A stretch of 57,361 bases of DNA from Bdellovibrionales bacterium (GTDB lineage Bacteria; Bdellovibrionota; Bdellovibrionia; Bdellovibrionales; Bdellovibrionaceae). Numbering within the stretch: the stretch's first letter is position 1; each line of letters opens with the position of its first letter. Positions 29,533 to 39,133 of the stretch are shown here, piece by piece. The translations under genes and the position numbers were made by a program. The notes beneath the pieces are model-generated. The model made no database searches. It saw only the letters and a list, made by a program, of their open reading frames with translations, and had not been told where the DNA came from. The stretch is taken from the NCBI GenBank assembly GCA_031370005.1, contig JANMPT010000074.1, positions 1 through 57,361 on the forward strand, written 5' to 3'.

Positions 29533-29865
29533 CTAGGGCTTAAGGAGTCCAAGTCTACGTCGAATTTCATCAAGATTTAACCCGAAGATCTCCACGGATT
29601 TATTGCGTCCTGTTTCACCTTTAAGAATTCTAATTTGGCGCTTAGGAATATCAAGTGCATTCGCCAGGAATTCAACAAGAGCCGTATTGGCCTTGCCGTC
29701 TATGGGGGGAGCGGTGATCTTAATTTTAAGAGCCCCATTGTGAGGCCCGATGATTTCGTTTTTGGAAGCTTTGGGTTGAACGAAGAGGGCGAGTTTTATG
29801 CCTCCTTCGGTTTTGGTGAACACTTTAGCCTGCGGATAGTGGGGAAATTTCTGTGGATTTTCCAT
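29533..29865 (-). CDS. yggU: DUF167/YggU family protein
   Basis: VQPKASK, LKIKITAPPIDGKAN, GETGRNK; start at ATG 29865 with AAGGA SD. Confidence 0.9.
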   Translation of the reverse strand: MENPQKFPHYPQAKVFTKTEGGIKLALFVQPKASKNEIIGPHNGALKIKITAPPIDGKANTALVEFLANALDIPKRQIRILKGETGRNKSVEIFGLNLDEIRRRLGLLKP

Positions 29866-30361
29866 TTCCTTGTGCAGATGTGATGTTGTGATTTGGCAAT
29901 TGCATTTGCGGCATGTACTTCTCGCCCTGTTCAAGTAAAGTCAAATGAGCTTGAACCAATGCTTTTAAGTTAGCTTCAAATTGCATGCGAGCACGCTTTA
30001 AATCGGTGATTTCTTGGTAAGTTTTTTTCAATGAATCACGAGAGTCTCGAATGATCATTTCGGCCTTTTGATTTGCATCAGCAATGATGAGTCTTGCTTC
30101 TCTTTCAGAATCTTGGCGAAGACGCTCTGTCATTTGTGAGGCGGTCGTAATGGTAGTTTTTAGAATCTGATCGCGCTCTCTGTAGTCTAGAAGACTGAGT
30201 TCTTTTTCACGAAGAGCTTCTTTCAAAGAATTTTTTTCTTGAATGAGGGCTTCCATTTGTGATGCGATCTGAGCCATAAAGTTATTAACTTCTTCAGCGT
30301 CAATGCCCATCATTTTTTTACCAAAAGACTTGTGAATAATATCGATAGGAGTAATTTTCAT
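29825..30361 (-). CDS. divIVA: DivIVA domain protein
   Basis: MKITPIDI..KSF...MMG....EV..F followed by coiled coil. Confidence 0.9.
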   Translation of the reverse strand: MKITPIDIIHKSFGKKMMGIDAEEVNNFMAQIASQMEALIQEKNSLKEALREKELSLLDYRERDQILKTTITTASQMTERLRQDSEREARLIIADANQKAEMIIRDSRDSLKKTYQEITDLKRARMQFEANLKALVQAHLTLLEQGEKYMPQMQLPNHNITSAQGNGKSTEISPLSAG

Positions 30362-30416
30362 CCTGAGTTCCTCCGTGAAACTAATATTTAAAGTATGTTC
30401 TTAAAGTATAATGAAC

Positions 30417-31247
30417 TTATTTTATTTCGCGAGAGATTTCTTTGCTTCGCATGGCTGCTTTTTCAAAGCTAATGCGTAAAGCGCGTTCAATCTCAAGCTC
30501 TCTCATAGACTGAAGTCCTGCTGCTGTGACTCCTTTTTTTGAGGCGACCCTGGCCTGTAGCTCCTCAAAAGGAGTATCCTTTTGCTGTGCGGCCAACATC
30601 GAGGCTCCCGTAAAGGTTTCTAAAGTCATTCGTTTCGCAGTTTCTTCGTCAAAGCCATGTTCGACGATCCAGTCTTGCCAGTACATCATCATTTCTAAAA
30701 CGAAACCTGTTCCTGAGGAGCAAGAAACCATCAAGGCTTCAAGCTGGTCTTCGTCTTCGACCTTCAATGTATAACCTAAAGGAGAGCACATGTCGTCTAT
30801 CGTAGCTTCAAGTGCTTCATCGACGTCATTAAGTAAATAACCAATCACACCCCGGCCGATTACCGACGGAGTATTTGGCATCATGCGGACAAGCCGCGCA
30901 TTTGGCAGGTATTTTTCTAGAGTTTGCATCTTGATTCCCGCAGCCAGGCTGATAACGATTTGATCATCGTGAAAGGAGCTGGCAATGGGCTCAATCGCGG
31001 TCAATAGATCCTGTGGTTTTACTGCGAGGATAATGAGGTCAGAATTTTCAACGAGTGACTCGTTATTGCCGATGCTTTGAATTTTATATTGGTCAGCAAG
31101 TTTTTGTAATTTTCCTGGAGTACGGTTTGAGACAAGAATCTGGTCGCTTGTGGCCACTCCGCTTTCCAACATCCCCTTAATTATGGCCTGAGCCATATTG
31201 CCGGCACCCAGAAAGCCGATTTTTTGACGCTTTAAGAGTTGATTCAT
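30417..31247 (-). CDS. proC: Pyrroline-5-carboxylate reductase
   Basis: GFLGAGNMA, LAVKPQ, SLAAG, RMMPNTP, VASKKGVT. Confidence 0.93.
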   Translation of the reverse strand: MNQLLKRQKIGFLGAGNMAQAIIKGMLESGVATSDQILVSNRTPGKLQKLADQYKIQSIGNNESLVENSDLIILAVKPQDLLTAIEPIASSFHDDQIVISLAAGIKMQTLEKYLPNARLVRMMPNTPSVIGRGVIGYLLNDVDEALEATIDDMCSPLGYTLKVEDEDQLEALMVSCSSGTGFVLEMMMYWQDWIVEHGFDEETAKRMTLETFTGASMLAAQQKDTPFEELQARVASKKGVTAAGLQSMRELEIERALRISFEKAAMRSKEISREIK

Positions 31248-31257
31248 TGTAGGTCCT

Positions 31258-31944
31258 TTAGTTCTTTCTTGTTCTCTCTCCGAAGAGTATCGTTCCCAGT
31301 CTAACAATGGTAGCTCCTTCCTCTATTGCCACATGATAGTCGTGGCTGGTCCCCATAGATAGTTCGTGCAAATGATGTCTGCCCGCACCACGTTTTTGTA
31401 ACTCAATTTGGAGCCCTCTCAGTTCCCGAAAATAAGATCGGACATCCTCCGGGTTATCTGTTAGAGGTGGCATGGTCATCAATCCGGTTATTTCAAGGCC
31501 CAGAAGCGCTGAAATCTCTGACCAATGCTCGAGGAGCGTTTCGCGATCAAAGCCGCCCTTTGAAATTTCTTGAGCGAGGTTGACCTGGATAAGAACCTTC
31601 TGTGTGGTTTTTATTTTTTCAGCATGAGCAGAAATCGCCTTGGCCAGCTCAAAGGAATCAACCGAGTGAATTAGTGCAAAATTTCCTACCACGAGTTTAG
31701 CTTTATTCTTTTGTAGAGTACCGATAAAGTGCCACTCAATATCAAGGTCCTTTAATGTTTCTTGTTTAAGCAGGGCTTCTTGAACATAGTTTTCCGCAAA
31801 CAGCTTGTGTCCTGATGAGTAAAGACGACGAACTTTTTCAATGGGCTGTAGCTTGGACACAGCTAGAATTTTTAAGCTCTCGCGTGTGCGGTGCAGTTTT
31901 TTAAGCAAGTCATTACACTCTTGGTGAATCGCTTCTAAGCTCAT
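31258..31944 (-). CDS. yggS: PLP homeostasis protein YggS
   Basis: LAVSK, ENYVQEA, WHFIGTLQKNK, GLMTMP, LSMGTSHDY. Confidence 0.95.
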   Translation of the reverse strand: MSLEAIHQECNDLLKKLHRTRESLKILAVSKLQPIEKVRRLYSSGHKLFAENYVQEALLKQETLKDLDIEWHFIGTLQKNKAKLVVGNFALIHSVDSFELAKAISAHAEKIKTTQKVLIQVNLAQEISKGGFDRETLLEHWSEISALLGLEITGLMTMPPLTDNPEDVRSYFRELRGLQIELQKRGAGRHHLHELSMGTSHDYHVAIEEGATIVRLGTILFGERTRKN

Positions 31945-32543
31945 TTATTTACTCTTTCAATAGACCACTTCATTTTCGCCAATATATTTTCGAAAGCTTT
32001 AACAGGTAGTCCGACAATATTGTCATACTCGCCGATAAATTGTTCTACAAATTTTCCGCCAAGGCCTTGTACTGCGTAAGCACCGGCCTTATCCATGGGT
32101 TCGCCAGACTGGATATAGGTCCAGATTTCATCATCGCTGAGGTTCCGAAAACTCACTTGGGAAGTCTCAATGTGAGACGCAATTTTCCCTCCTAGACTTT
32201 CGACAAGGTATAGTCCGGTTTTTACCTCGTGTGTTTTCCCAGACAAAAGTTTTAAAAAATTATAAGCTTCGACCTGATTCCGTGGTTTTCCAAGAGTTTG
32301 AGTGTGATAGACTACCATTGTATCCGCAGTCAGCAGCAGGAAGTCTTTATGGGAAGTAATTTTCAGCTCAGAAAATGCGACCTTGGCCTTGCGTGCAGCA
32401 ATGTCCAAAATCTGCTCATCAATATTCAGGTTTTTGTCAGGTATTTCCGATACTTTAACTGGATGCACATTAAAGACAAAACCAGCGGTTTGAAGCAATT
32501 GTCGGCGGCGGGGAGACTCAGATGCCAAAATTAATTGGTACAT
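31941..32543 (-). CDS. maf: Maf nucleoside triphosphate pyrophosphatase
   Basis: LILASESPRR, ADTMV, LGKP, EPMDKAGAY, NIVGLP. Confidence 0.95.
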   Translation of the reverse strand: MYQLILASESPRRRQLLQTAGFVFNVHPVKVSEIPDKNLNIDEQILDIAARKAKVAFSELKITSHKDFLLLTADTMVVYHTQTLGKPRNQVEAYNFLKLLSGKTHEVKTGLYLVESLGGKIASHIETSQVSFRNLSDDEIWTYIQSGEPMDKAGAYAVQGLGGKFVEQFIGEYDNIVGLPVKAFENILAKMKWSIERVNK

Positions 32544-32571
32544 AACATAACTTGAACACAAAGGGAGATGA

Positions 32572-33483
32572 ATGGGAAGCGCAGATTTAATGCTTATTGC
32601 AGGCTTCGTGTTGGGGGGACTTAGTATCTACCTCTTCATTTCTGCATTGTTTTCAAGCAATAAAGATTCGCAACAGCTCTCATGGGCTAACAGCGGTGAG
32701 CCGAAAAAGTCAAAATCCCCAGTGATTAACCTCTCTCGTCCCTTGGTTCATCAATTTACTTTACAACATGCAATGAGAGTAAAAAGCCTGAGTTATCGTA
32801 AGCGAGTGCGCAAATATATTCTAACCTCAGGACTGTCTTCGGAGTTGAACGAGGATGAGTTCATTGGTTTACAAATCTTGTGGGGAGTAATGTTCCCGGT
32901 TTTCTTAGCTGTGATGAATTTTGCATTGGCTTTGGACATGCCGACAGTGCTTTTAATCGCCATGGGTCTAGGTGGCTTTGTTTTTCCTCAGATGCACGCA
33001 AGCGCAGAGAAAAAACGTCGTGAGATTTCTGTCCGAGGTGATTTACCATTCTTCATTGATCTTTTGGCTTTATCGGTGGAGGCAGGCTTGGATTTTTTTG
33101 CAGCGATTCAAAAGATTGTTGAAAAGGCTCAAGGCGGGGACAGCGTCTTGGCCGATGAGTTCGGAACTGTATTGAAAGATGTTAAAATCGGGGCTTCTAA
33201 AACCCAGGCTTTGAAAGACATGGCAGAGCGTTTGGATATTTCCGAAATTACAAGTTTTGTGGCGGTCTTGATTGATGCCGAAGCCAGCGGTGCCAGTATT
33301 TCAAGAGTGTTAAAGGACCAATCAGTGCAAATGCGTCTTGAGCGTTTTGTAAGGGCAGAGAAAGCCGGCGCAAGAGCTTCGCAGGCGATTTTGATTCCAT
33401 TGATGTTATTTATTTTACCAGCAGTTTTTATTATGGTGTTTGGACCAGTTGCCGTGAGCTTTATTTATGGCGGTGGAAACTAG
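32572..33483 (+). CDS. tadC: TadC-like (T2SS F family) pilus platform protein
   Basis: DLPFFIDLLALSVEAGL, RAEKAG, IPLMLFILPAVFIMVFGP. Confidence 0.88.
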   Translation: MGSADLMLIAGFVLGGLSIYLFISALFSSNKDSQQLSWANSGEPKKSKSPVINLSRPLVHQFTLQHAMRVKSLSYRKRVRKYILTSGLSSELNEDEFIGLQILWGVMFPVFLAVMNFALALDMPTVLLIAMGLGGFVFPQMHASAEKKRREISVRGDLPFFIDLLALSVEAGLDFFAAIQKIVEKAQGGDSVLADEFGTVLKDVKIGASKTQALKDMAERLDISEITSFVAVLIDAEASGASISRVLKDQSVQMRLERFVRAEKAGARASQAILIPLMLFILPAVFIMVFGPVAVSFIYGGGN

Positions 33484-33486
33484 AGG

Positions 33487-33834
33487 ATGGCAGTGCTAAA
33501 GAGCGAAACAAAGAATTTACAACTGATCTCCGAGCTAGATATAGCCGCGACCGAATGGGCGCGCGGAAAAGGCTTGTTGGGCAGAAGGTCTTTGGGGAGT
33601 GAGCAGGCTCTTTGGATTCGTCGTTGTAACTCCATTCACACTTTTTTTATGAAATTTACGATTGATTGTGTGTTTTTAGATAAGCAACTGCGCGTGAAGG
33701 CGATTTACTCTGATATAAAGCCTTTTCGTTTGGTTTGGCCTGTATGGGGGGCAAGCTCGGTGATCGAGTTCCCAGCAGGGCGAGCAAAAGAATTGAATAT
33801 AGAGCTCGGGGAGCAACTGAATGTGGGCAATTAG
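33487..33834 (+). CDS. DUF192 family protein
   Basis: RGKGLLGR, CNSIHTFFMKFTIDCVFLD, VIEFPAG. Confidence 0.9.
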   Translation: MAVLKSETKNLQLISELDIAATEWARGKGLLGRRSLGSEQALWIRRCNSIHTFFMKFTIDCVFLDKQLRVKAIYSDIKPFRLVWPVWGASSVIEFPAGRAKELNIELGEQLNVGN

Positions 33835-35461
33835 GGTCCTAACAGGCCCGCTGGCGGGCCAAGCTTATGACTTAAAAATGGGTCGAAACCTTATCGGCCG
33901 TGCTTCGCATTGTGATGTGAAGATCGCAAGCCATGGCGTTTCTAAAGAACACGCCGAAATCTACATCTATAAAGACAAAATTGTGGTTTCAGATCTTAAA
34001 TCAAGCAATGGAACCTATGTGAATGGTATTCGTGTGCAGAATGGACTTATCCGTCTAGGTGATAAGGTGAGCATTCACGATGTGATTTTCGATATTATTC
34101 CAGCTCCAGATATTCGTCCGACACCAACATCGGCCGTACCAATGCATGGCGCGAGTGTGCCCCAAGCAGGGCCTGGTGGGAATGCCGCTCCAAATTACTA
34201 TTTACAAGAACAACAACAGACCTATCAGCAACAAGCAGCGCCACAAATGATGGCATCGGAATCTGTGGATTTTGTGCAGCCACCTCGGGGGTTGTTGCAA
34301 AACTTAATGCTTCAACTAAAAGAGTATATTGAAAGAGTGGCTCTTCCCGGTGTTTATAAGTTACCTCAGTTGGTGGAATTCAAGTACGTACTGGGTGGCT
34401 TTATTGTGGCGTTTATTTTTGCAGTGACACTGTTGTCAATGATTCCCATGGTGCAAATCACTCGTTCGAGTATTTTAGCTGAAAGTAAGCGTCGCGCCCA
34501 ATCTATTGCAAGAGATGTGGCAATATCCAATCAGCAGATGCTTCTTCAGGGGAATCTTTCTTCACTAAGTACTCATTCGGCGGAAACAGAGGATGGCATC
34601 AAAGAGGTTATGATTATTCAGGCCTCCGATGGAATGATTGTGGCACCTGCAAGTCGTGCTGGCGTAACTCCAAAAATTCCATTTGTCCATATGGTCCGGC
34701 GAGAGGGCAAGGCGCAGGTTGAACAAATCGATAGTCAAACCATTGGTGCGAGCTTTCCAATTGGTCAATATGATCCGAATACGGGAGAGCCTTCGGTAAA
34801 GGCCCATGCCATTGTTATCTATGATATTGGCAGCCTGGCCTTTGATGATGGCCATGTTTTGAGTCTTTTCTTTCAAACTCTGATTCTGGCTTGCTTAGTG
34901 GGTCTACTTCTTTTCTTCTTTATGTATAAGTTAATTGAGTATCCGATTGTAAGCCTGAACAATCAATTGGATGTCGCTCTTCGTGATAAAAAAGATTCCA
35001 CCGATGTGAATTTCAGATTTCCAGCATTGCAGAGTCTTGTTAGCAACATCAATAGTCTACTCAGTCGTTACTTACATGGCGGCGGCAACGATGGTGGGTT
35101 AGTGAATATGGTCGGTCGCGATGCGGAGGCCGAAAATCTTGTACAGTTAATGGGTTATCCGACCATAGCGGTGAGTGGTGAGGGGCGTATTATTTGCGTT
35201 AATGGGAACTTTGAGCAGATATCTCATGCATTGAGTGCACAGCTAAATCATCAGACTCTGAGCGCAATTCCTGATGTGGCACTTCAGCAGAACTTACAGC
35301 ATTTGATGCAGAAGTCTCGGGAGCTTCCGGGGGTCATTCAAACAGATCAGTTGGAGTTCAGTGGGCATAATTGCCGAATACACTGTCAAGCCATGGGTGT
35401 TGAAAACAACACAATTGCGTATTTCGTGATTTGTATCACGCCAATTGAGGAGAGCGAATAG
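33821..35461 (+). CDS. FHA-domain membrane protein (FHA, 2 TM with periplasmic domain, PAS-like C-terminus)
   Basis: IGR..CD....SHGVSKEHA...DLKSSNGTYVNG; two TM helices. Confidence 0.85.
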   Translation: MWAIRVLTGPLAGQAYDLKMGRNLIGRASHCDVKIASHGVSKEHAEIYIYKDKIVVSDLKSSNGTYVNGIRVQNGLIRLGDKVSIHDVIFDIIPAPDIRPTPTSAVPMHGASVPQAGPGGNAAPNYYLQEQQQTYQQQAAPQMMASESVDFVQPPRGLLQNLMLQLKEYIERVALPGVYKLPQLVEFKYVLGGFIVAFIFAVTLLSMIPMVQITRSSILAESKRRAQSIARDVAISNQQMLLQGNLSSLSTHSAETEDGIKEVMIIQASDGMIVAPASRAGVTPKIPFVHMVRREGKAQVEQIDSQTIGASFPIGQYDPNTGEPSVKAHAIVIYDIGSLAFDDGHVLSLFFQTLILACLVGLLLFFFMYKLIEYPIVSLNNQLDVALRDKKDSTDVNFRFPALQSLVSNINSLLSRYLHGGGNDGGLVNMVGRDAEAENLVQLMGYPTIAVSGEGRIICVNGNFEQISHALSAQLNHQTLSAIPDVALQQNLQHLMQKSRELPGVIQTDQLEFSGHNCRIHCQAMGVENNTIAYFVICITPIEESE

Positions 35462-36501
35462 TGGGAACTCCTCAGCTTAAGAATGGCATAAGTTTTAAAA
35501 TTCAAATTCAGCGAGGGCCTCTTGCTGGACAAAGCTATTCTTTTGATAAGGCAGTGGTGGGGATCGGTCGCGGGACAGAAAATGATCTTATTTTATCCAA
35601 TGATCTTCGCGCAAGCCGAAAGCATCTTGAAATTCATTGGGACGGGGTCGACTTACGGATCCAAAATATCAGTTCAAAAAATTTTTTGGCGGTTAATGGC
35701 AGCCAAGTAGAGAGCGCCAAGCTCGAGTCAGGCTCTATTGTGTCCGTAGGTGAGACTGAGTTCCGCATTGACTTCGAAAATGTTGCAGACAATGAATTTG
35801 CAGAGCCTAAAACGAAAGTGTTTTTCGAAGAGCCCGTTGTCACTCAAATGCCAGTTTTGCAGCAAACTCGTCCAAATCCCGTGCCATTTTCTATGGCGTC
35901 CGTGGGCCCAGTAGGCATGAGTGGTACTGGTGTGCATTCGAGCCCTCGTTTGCCCCCTCGCGCTGCAGTTGGCACCTCTAAACTTCGTTTTTATATTATT
36001 GTCGCCATCATAGGTATTGCTTTTGCGTGGCTGATGAATTCCAAGGTCACTAAAAAGAAAGAACTAAGCTTCCGTTCCTCTGAGCAAATTGAAAAAGACA
36101 TGGAAAGCTCCCGGGAGGAGCTACAAGAGTTTGAGGTTAGAAAAGAAAAACTTGATAATGTACAATTTCAAAGAGCTCAAGAGAACTACATCCGTGGTTT
36201 TCGAGATTATAAGCAAGGCAATTTTGGAAGGGCGCGCGAATCTTTCCAGGTGGTCTTGAACTTGGATCCAGATAATGAGCTTGCAAAACGTTATTACCAG
36301 TTGGCGAAGTTGAAATTCGATGAGCTTGTAAAGTTTCACATGCTTCAGGGCAATCGCTATCGAGAAAAGAAAAGTTGGAGGATGTGCAAATCAAGTTATT
36401 TTCATGTCATGACGATGGTGAGTAATAATCAAGATCCTATTTTTAAAGAAGCACGGCAGTACTACGATCAGTGTTCACTAGCACAGGAGGGTAGATACTA
36501 A
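35461..36501 (+). CDS. FHA-TM-TPR protein
   Basis: IGRGTENDLIL..D.RASRKH; one TM; TPR YKQGNFGRARESFQVVLNLDPDNELA. Confidence 0.85.
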   Translation: MGTPQLKNGISFKIQIQRGPLAGQSYSFDKAVVGIGRGTENDLILSNDLRASRKHLEIHWDGVDLRIQNISSKNFLAVNGSQVESAKLESGSIVSVGETEFRIDFENVADNEFAEPKTKVFFEEPVVTQMPVLQQTRPNPVPFSMASVGPVGMSGTGVHSSPRLPPRAAVGTSKLRFYIIVAIIGIAFAWLMNSKVTKKKELSFRSSEQIEKDMESSREELQEFEVRKEKLDNVQFQRAQENYIRGFRDYKQGNFGRARESFQVVLNLDPDNELAKRYYQLAKLKFDELVKFHMLQGNRYREKKSWRMCKSSYFHVMTMVSNNQDPIFKEARQYYDQCSLAQEGRY

Positions 36502-38441
36502 TGGCACGCCTCCGGGTGCGTTTGCGCGGTAAAATCACTCTAGAAATCCAGCTGTCGCCAGAACGCTCTTATATGGCAGGTCGTCGCGACGATTGCGATA
36601 TTATTCTTTTAAACGGGAAGGGGATTTCCCGAGAGCACTTTAAAATATTTTTCGCTGAGGACAAATGGTATCTCGAAGTTCTTTCTAGATTTGGTGATGT
36701 GCTTTTTGATGGCGAAAAGATTCAGCAAGCAACTCTTGAAGGCCAAAGGCTTTTTTACTTGGGGCCGTACGAATTTGAATACTCTGAAAACTCTTCAGAT
36801 CTAGTCCCTTCGCCTAAGTCATCGAATTATCCGGAGCCCCTATTTAGCCCGGCATTCGCAGAAACAGAAGAGGATGAAAAGACCTTTGTTGGTGCAACCC
36901 ACAGTATTCCTTATATCAAAGTAGTGATCGAAGGCGGTGAGGTTAAGGAGCTTTTTAAGCTTGAAGGCGGTGACACCTGGGTCGCTGGGCGGGATGCAAC
37001 TTGCGATATTATAATTCGCGATCAGCGAGTGAGTCGTCGCCAATTTGAAGTTCGTCGTCAAGGGAGTCAGTTCCAAATTATGGATCTAGGAAGTGTGAAC
37101 GGAACTTTGGTTAATGGCAACCCGGTCTCGTCCATCGAGCCTGTAAATATTAAAAGTGGTGATGCTATCAGCGTGCTTGATAATCATCTTTATTTCGAGT
37201 TGCACGATCCTGACTTTAAGTCTCGGATGGAGTTGGTCAAAGTTGATATTCCAAACCCCCTTGTGGGCATCAGTCAAGGCACAGTTCCTATGGGAAGCCA
37301 ATACCCACAGCCGCATTTGGATTATGGTTTTCCGACACAGCCGGTGGTCAATAGGAAATTTGATTTTGAAAAACACCGTGTGAAGATAATTGCCGGTGCC
37401 GTGGTCCTTTTAGGAGTGGTTTATTTTTTCAGCGATCAAGGCAATGTGTCGAAGACCGTGCCACAACAAGCGGGCGGAGTTTTTAAATCCCAAGATATTT
37501 TTAATAGACTCTCGCCCGAGCAGCAGATCTTAGTGAAACAAACTTATATGTTGGCAAAGAATCTCTATATGCAGGGGAAATATGAACTGGCGAAAGCTGA
37601 AGTAACAAAAATCTACGAACTTGTTCCTGAGTATGAGGACACCAAAGATATCGAGCGTTTGGCAAATGAAGCCTTAGCAATTCAAGATCAAAAACGCCAA
37701 CAAGAGGAGCTCGAGAAAAAAGAAGCCGATAACGAAGAAAAGATTCAGAAAGTCGTTGCTGAGTGTAAACCGAAAATCAATGCGGATTTTACAATTGCGC
37801 AGCTCGAAGACTGTGTGAGTCCCGCCCTGCAGTTCAATCCGAATCATCCTGCGATTGCAGAGCTTCGCCATCAAGTTGAAGAATTGGTGAGCCAGAAGCA
37901 GATCAGAGACAGTCAAAAGGCAGAGTACAAATCACAAGTTCATAGGCTGCATGGACTTTTTAGTAAAGCTGAGAGCAGCTTTAAGCAAAATCAGTACTTA
38001 CGTGCAATTAAAGAGTACCAAGTGGTGACAACTTCAGGCTTGCCAGATCCAAATGAGTTAAAGCCCCAAGCACGACGAAAGATCGCGGCGATTCAGCAGA
38101 CACTCAAGCAAAAGATAGATCAGTTCACACAAGAAGCCGATGCGGCTTATAAAGATCAAAAACTAAAAGAGGCAATTTTAATTCTAAGAAAAACTCTTGA
38201 TGTGGACCCAAATAATAATGAAACCAAGGATAAATTGTCCCGCTATGTTTTAGAGCTCAAAAAACAAATGATGGTTCTTTATCAAGAGGGTATTCTTGAA
38301 GAAAGTTATGGCAACGTCGAGGGCAGCGAGAACCGTCCTGGCGCTAAAGACAAATGGAAAAAAATTATGAACCTCGATATTCTAGATGGTGAATATTATG
38401 GCAAAGCGAAAATAAAACTTAGAAAATATGGAGCGATTTGA
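36501..38441 (+). CDS. Double-FHA, TM, TPR protein
   Basis: AGRRDDCDI..ISREH and AGRDATCDI..VSRRQ..DLGSVNGT; TM; several TPR-like repeats. Confidence 0.85.
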   Translation: MARLRVRLRGKITLEIQLSPERSYMAGRRDDCDIILLNGKGISREHFKIFFAEDKWYLEVLSRFGDVLFDGEKIQQATLEGQRLFYLGPYEFEYSENSSDLVPSPKSSNYPEPLFSPAFAETEEDEKTFVGATHSIPYIKVVIEGGEVKELFKLEGGDTWVAGRDATCDIIIRDQRVSRRQFEVRRQGSQFQIMDLGSVNGTLVNGNPVSSIEPVNIKSGDAISVLDNHLYFELHDPDFKSRMELVKVDIPNPLVGISQGTVPMGSQYPQPHLDYGFPTQPVVNRKFDFEKHRVKIIAGAVVLLGVVYFFSDQGNVSKTVPQQAGGVFKSQDIFNRLSPEQQILVKQTYMLAKNLYMQGKYELAKAEVTKIYELVPEYEDTKDIERLANEALAIQDQKRQQEELEKKEADNEEKIQKVVAECKPKINADFTIAQLEDCVSPALQFNPNHPAIAELRHQVEELVSQKQIRDSQKAEYKSQVHRLHGLFSKAESSFKQNQYLRAIKEYQVVTTSGLPDPNELKPQARRKIAAIQQTLKQKIDQFTQEADAAYKDQKLKEAILILRKTLDVDPNNNETKDKLSRYVLELKKQMMVLYQEGILEESYGNVEGSENRPGAKDKWKKIMNLDILDGEYYGKAKIKLRKYGAI

Positions 38442-39133
38442 TGAGAATAGTGGAACGCTCCTATTCGACTAAAACGGTTCGCCCTAGGCCGGTTATTTAC
38501 ACAGAGCCTGATGGTTCTTTTATGGTCATCTCGACATCATGGGGAAGCCCCGAGCATGCGGATAGAGTGAATGAAGACGTTGCAAAATATATTCAGGGGG
38601 CTAAAGCCGACGTCGAAGTTACATCCCCTTTTGAGTTTCTGAGCTCACTGACAAATGAAGCCAATTATTTAAGAATAGCAGCGCTAATCTCCAATGAATC
38701 TTTGTATCGCAGTAATAATAAAAGTGATTATCAGGCCGGAGTGGAGACGCTTTTGCTTCTTCACAGTGGTTCGCAAGTTGCCTACGCGCAAGTTGGGGCC
38801 CCGCACCTTTTAATACAAAAACGAGATCGAGTACCTGTTCCCATTTCAGTGAGTTTTGATGCAGGCTTTGAAATGAGTCGCGAGGATCAAGATCCGTTTC
38901 CACCGCTACCACAGACAATTCTCGGCTTGGATTCGAGTCTTAATATTCGAGCAGGGGATTTTCGTGTCGATATTGGAGATCGGCTAATTCTTTATGCTGG
39001 TGGTGTTTGGCCAAAGTCTCTTTGGAGCTCGAATCAGGCAAGTGATCTTCAGTTGCTTACTCAGAAGTTGGTACAAATGAACCCGGAGTCGCCATTTTGG
39101 TTAGGCATTGTCAATTTTGAAGACAATACTTAG
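38438..39133 (+). CDS. Degenerate PP2C-like protein
   Basis: PP2C-like strand order (AYAQVG, LGL, GDRLILY) without the DG metal ligands. Confidence 0.55.
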   Translation: MMRIVERSYSTKTVRPRPVIYTEPDGSFMVISTSWGSPEHADRVNEDVAKYIQGAKADVEVTSPFEFLSSLTNEANYLRIAALISNESLYRSNNKSDYQAGVETLLLLHSGSQVAYAQVGAPHLLIQKRDRVPVPISVSFDAGFEMSREDQDPFPPLPQTILGLDSSLNIRAGDFRVDIGDRLILYAGGVWPKSLWSSNQASDLQLLTQKLVQMNPESPFWLGIVNFEDNT

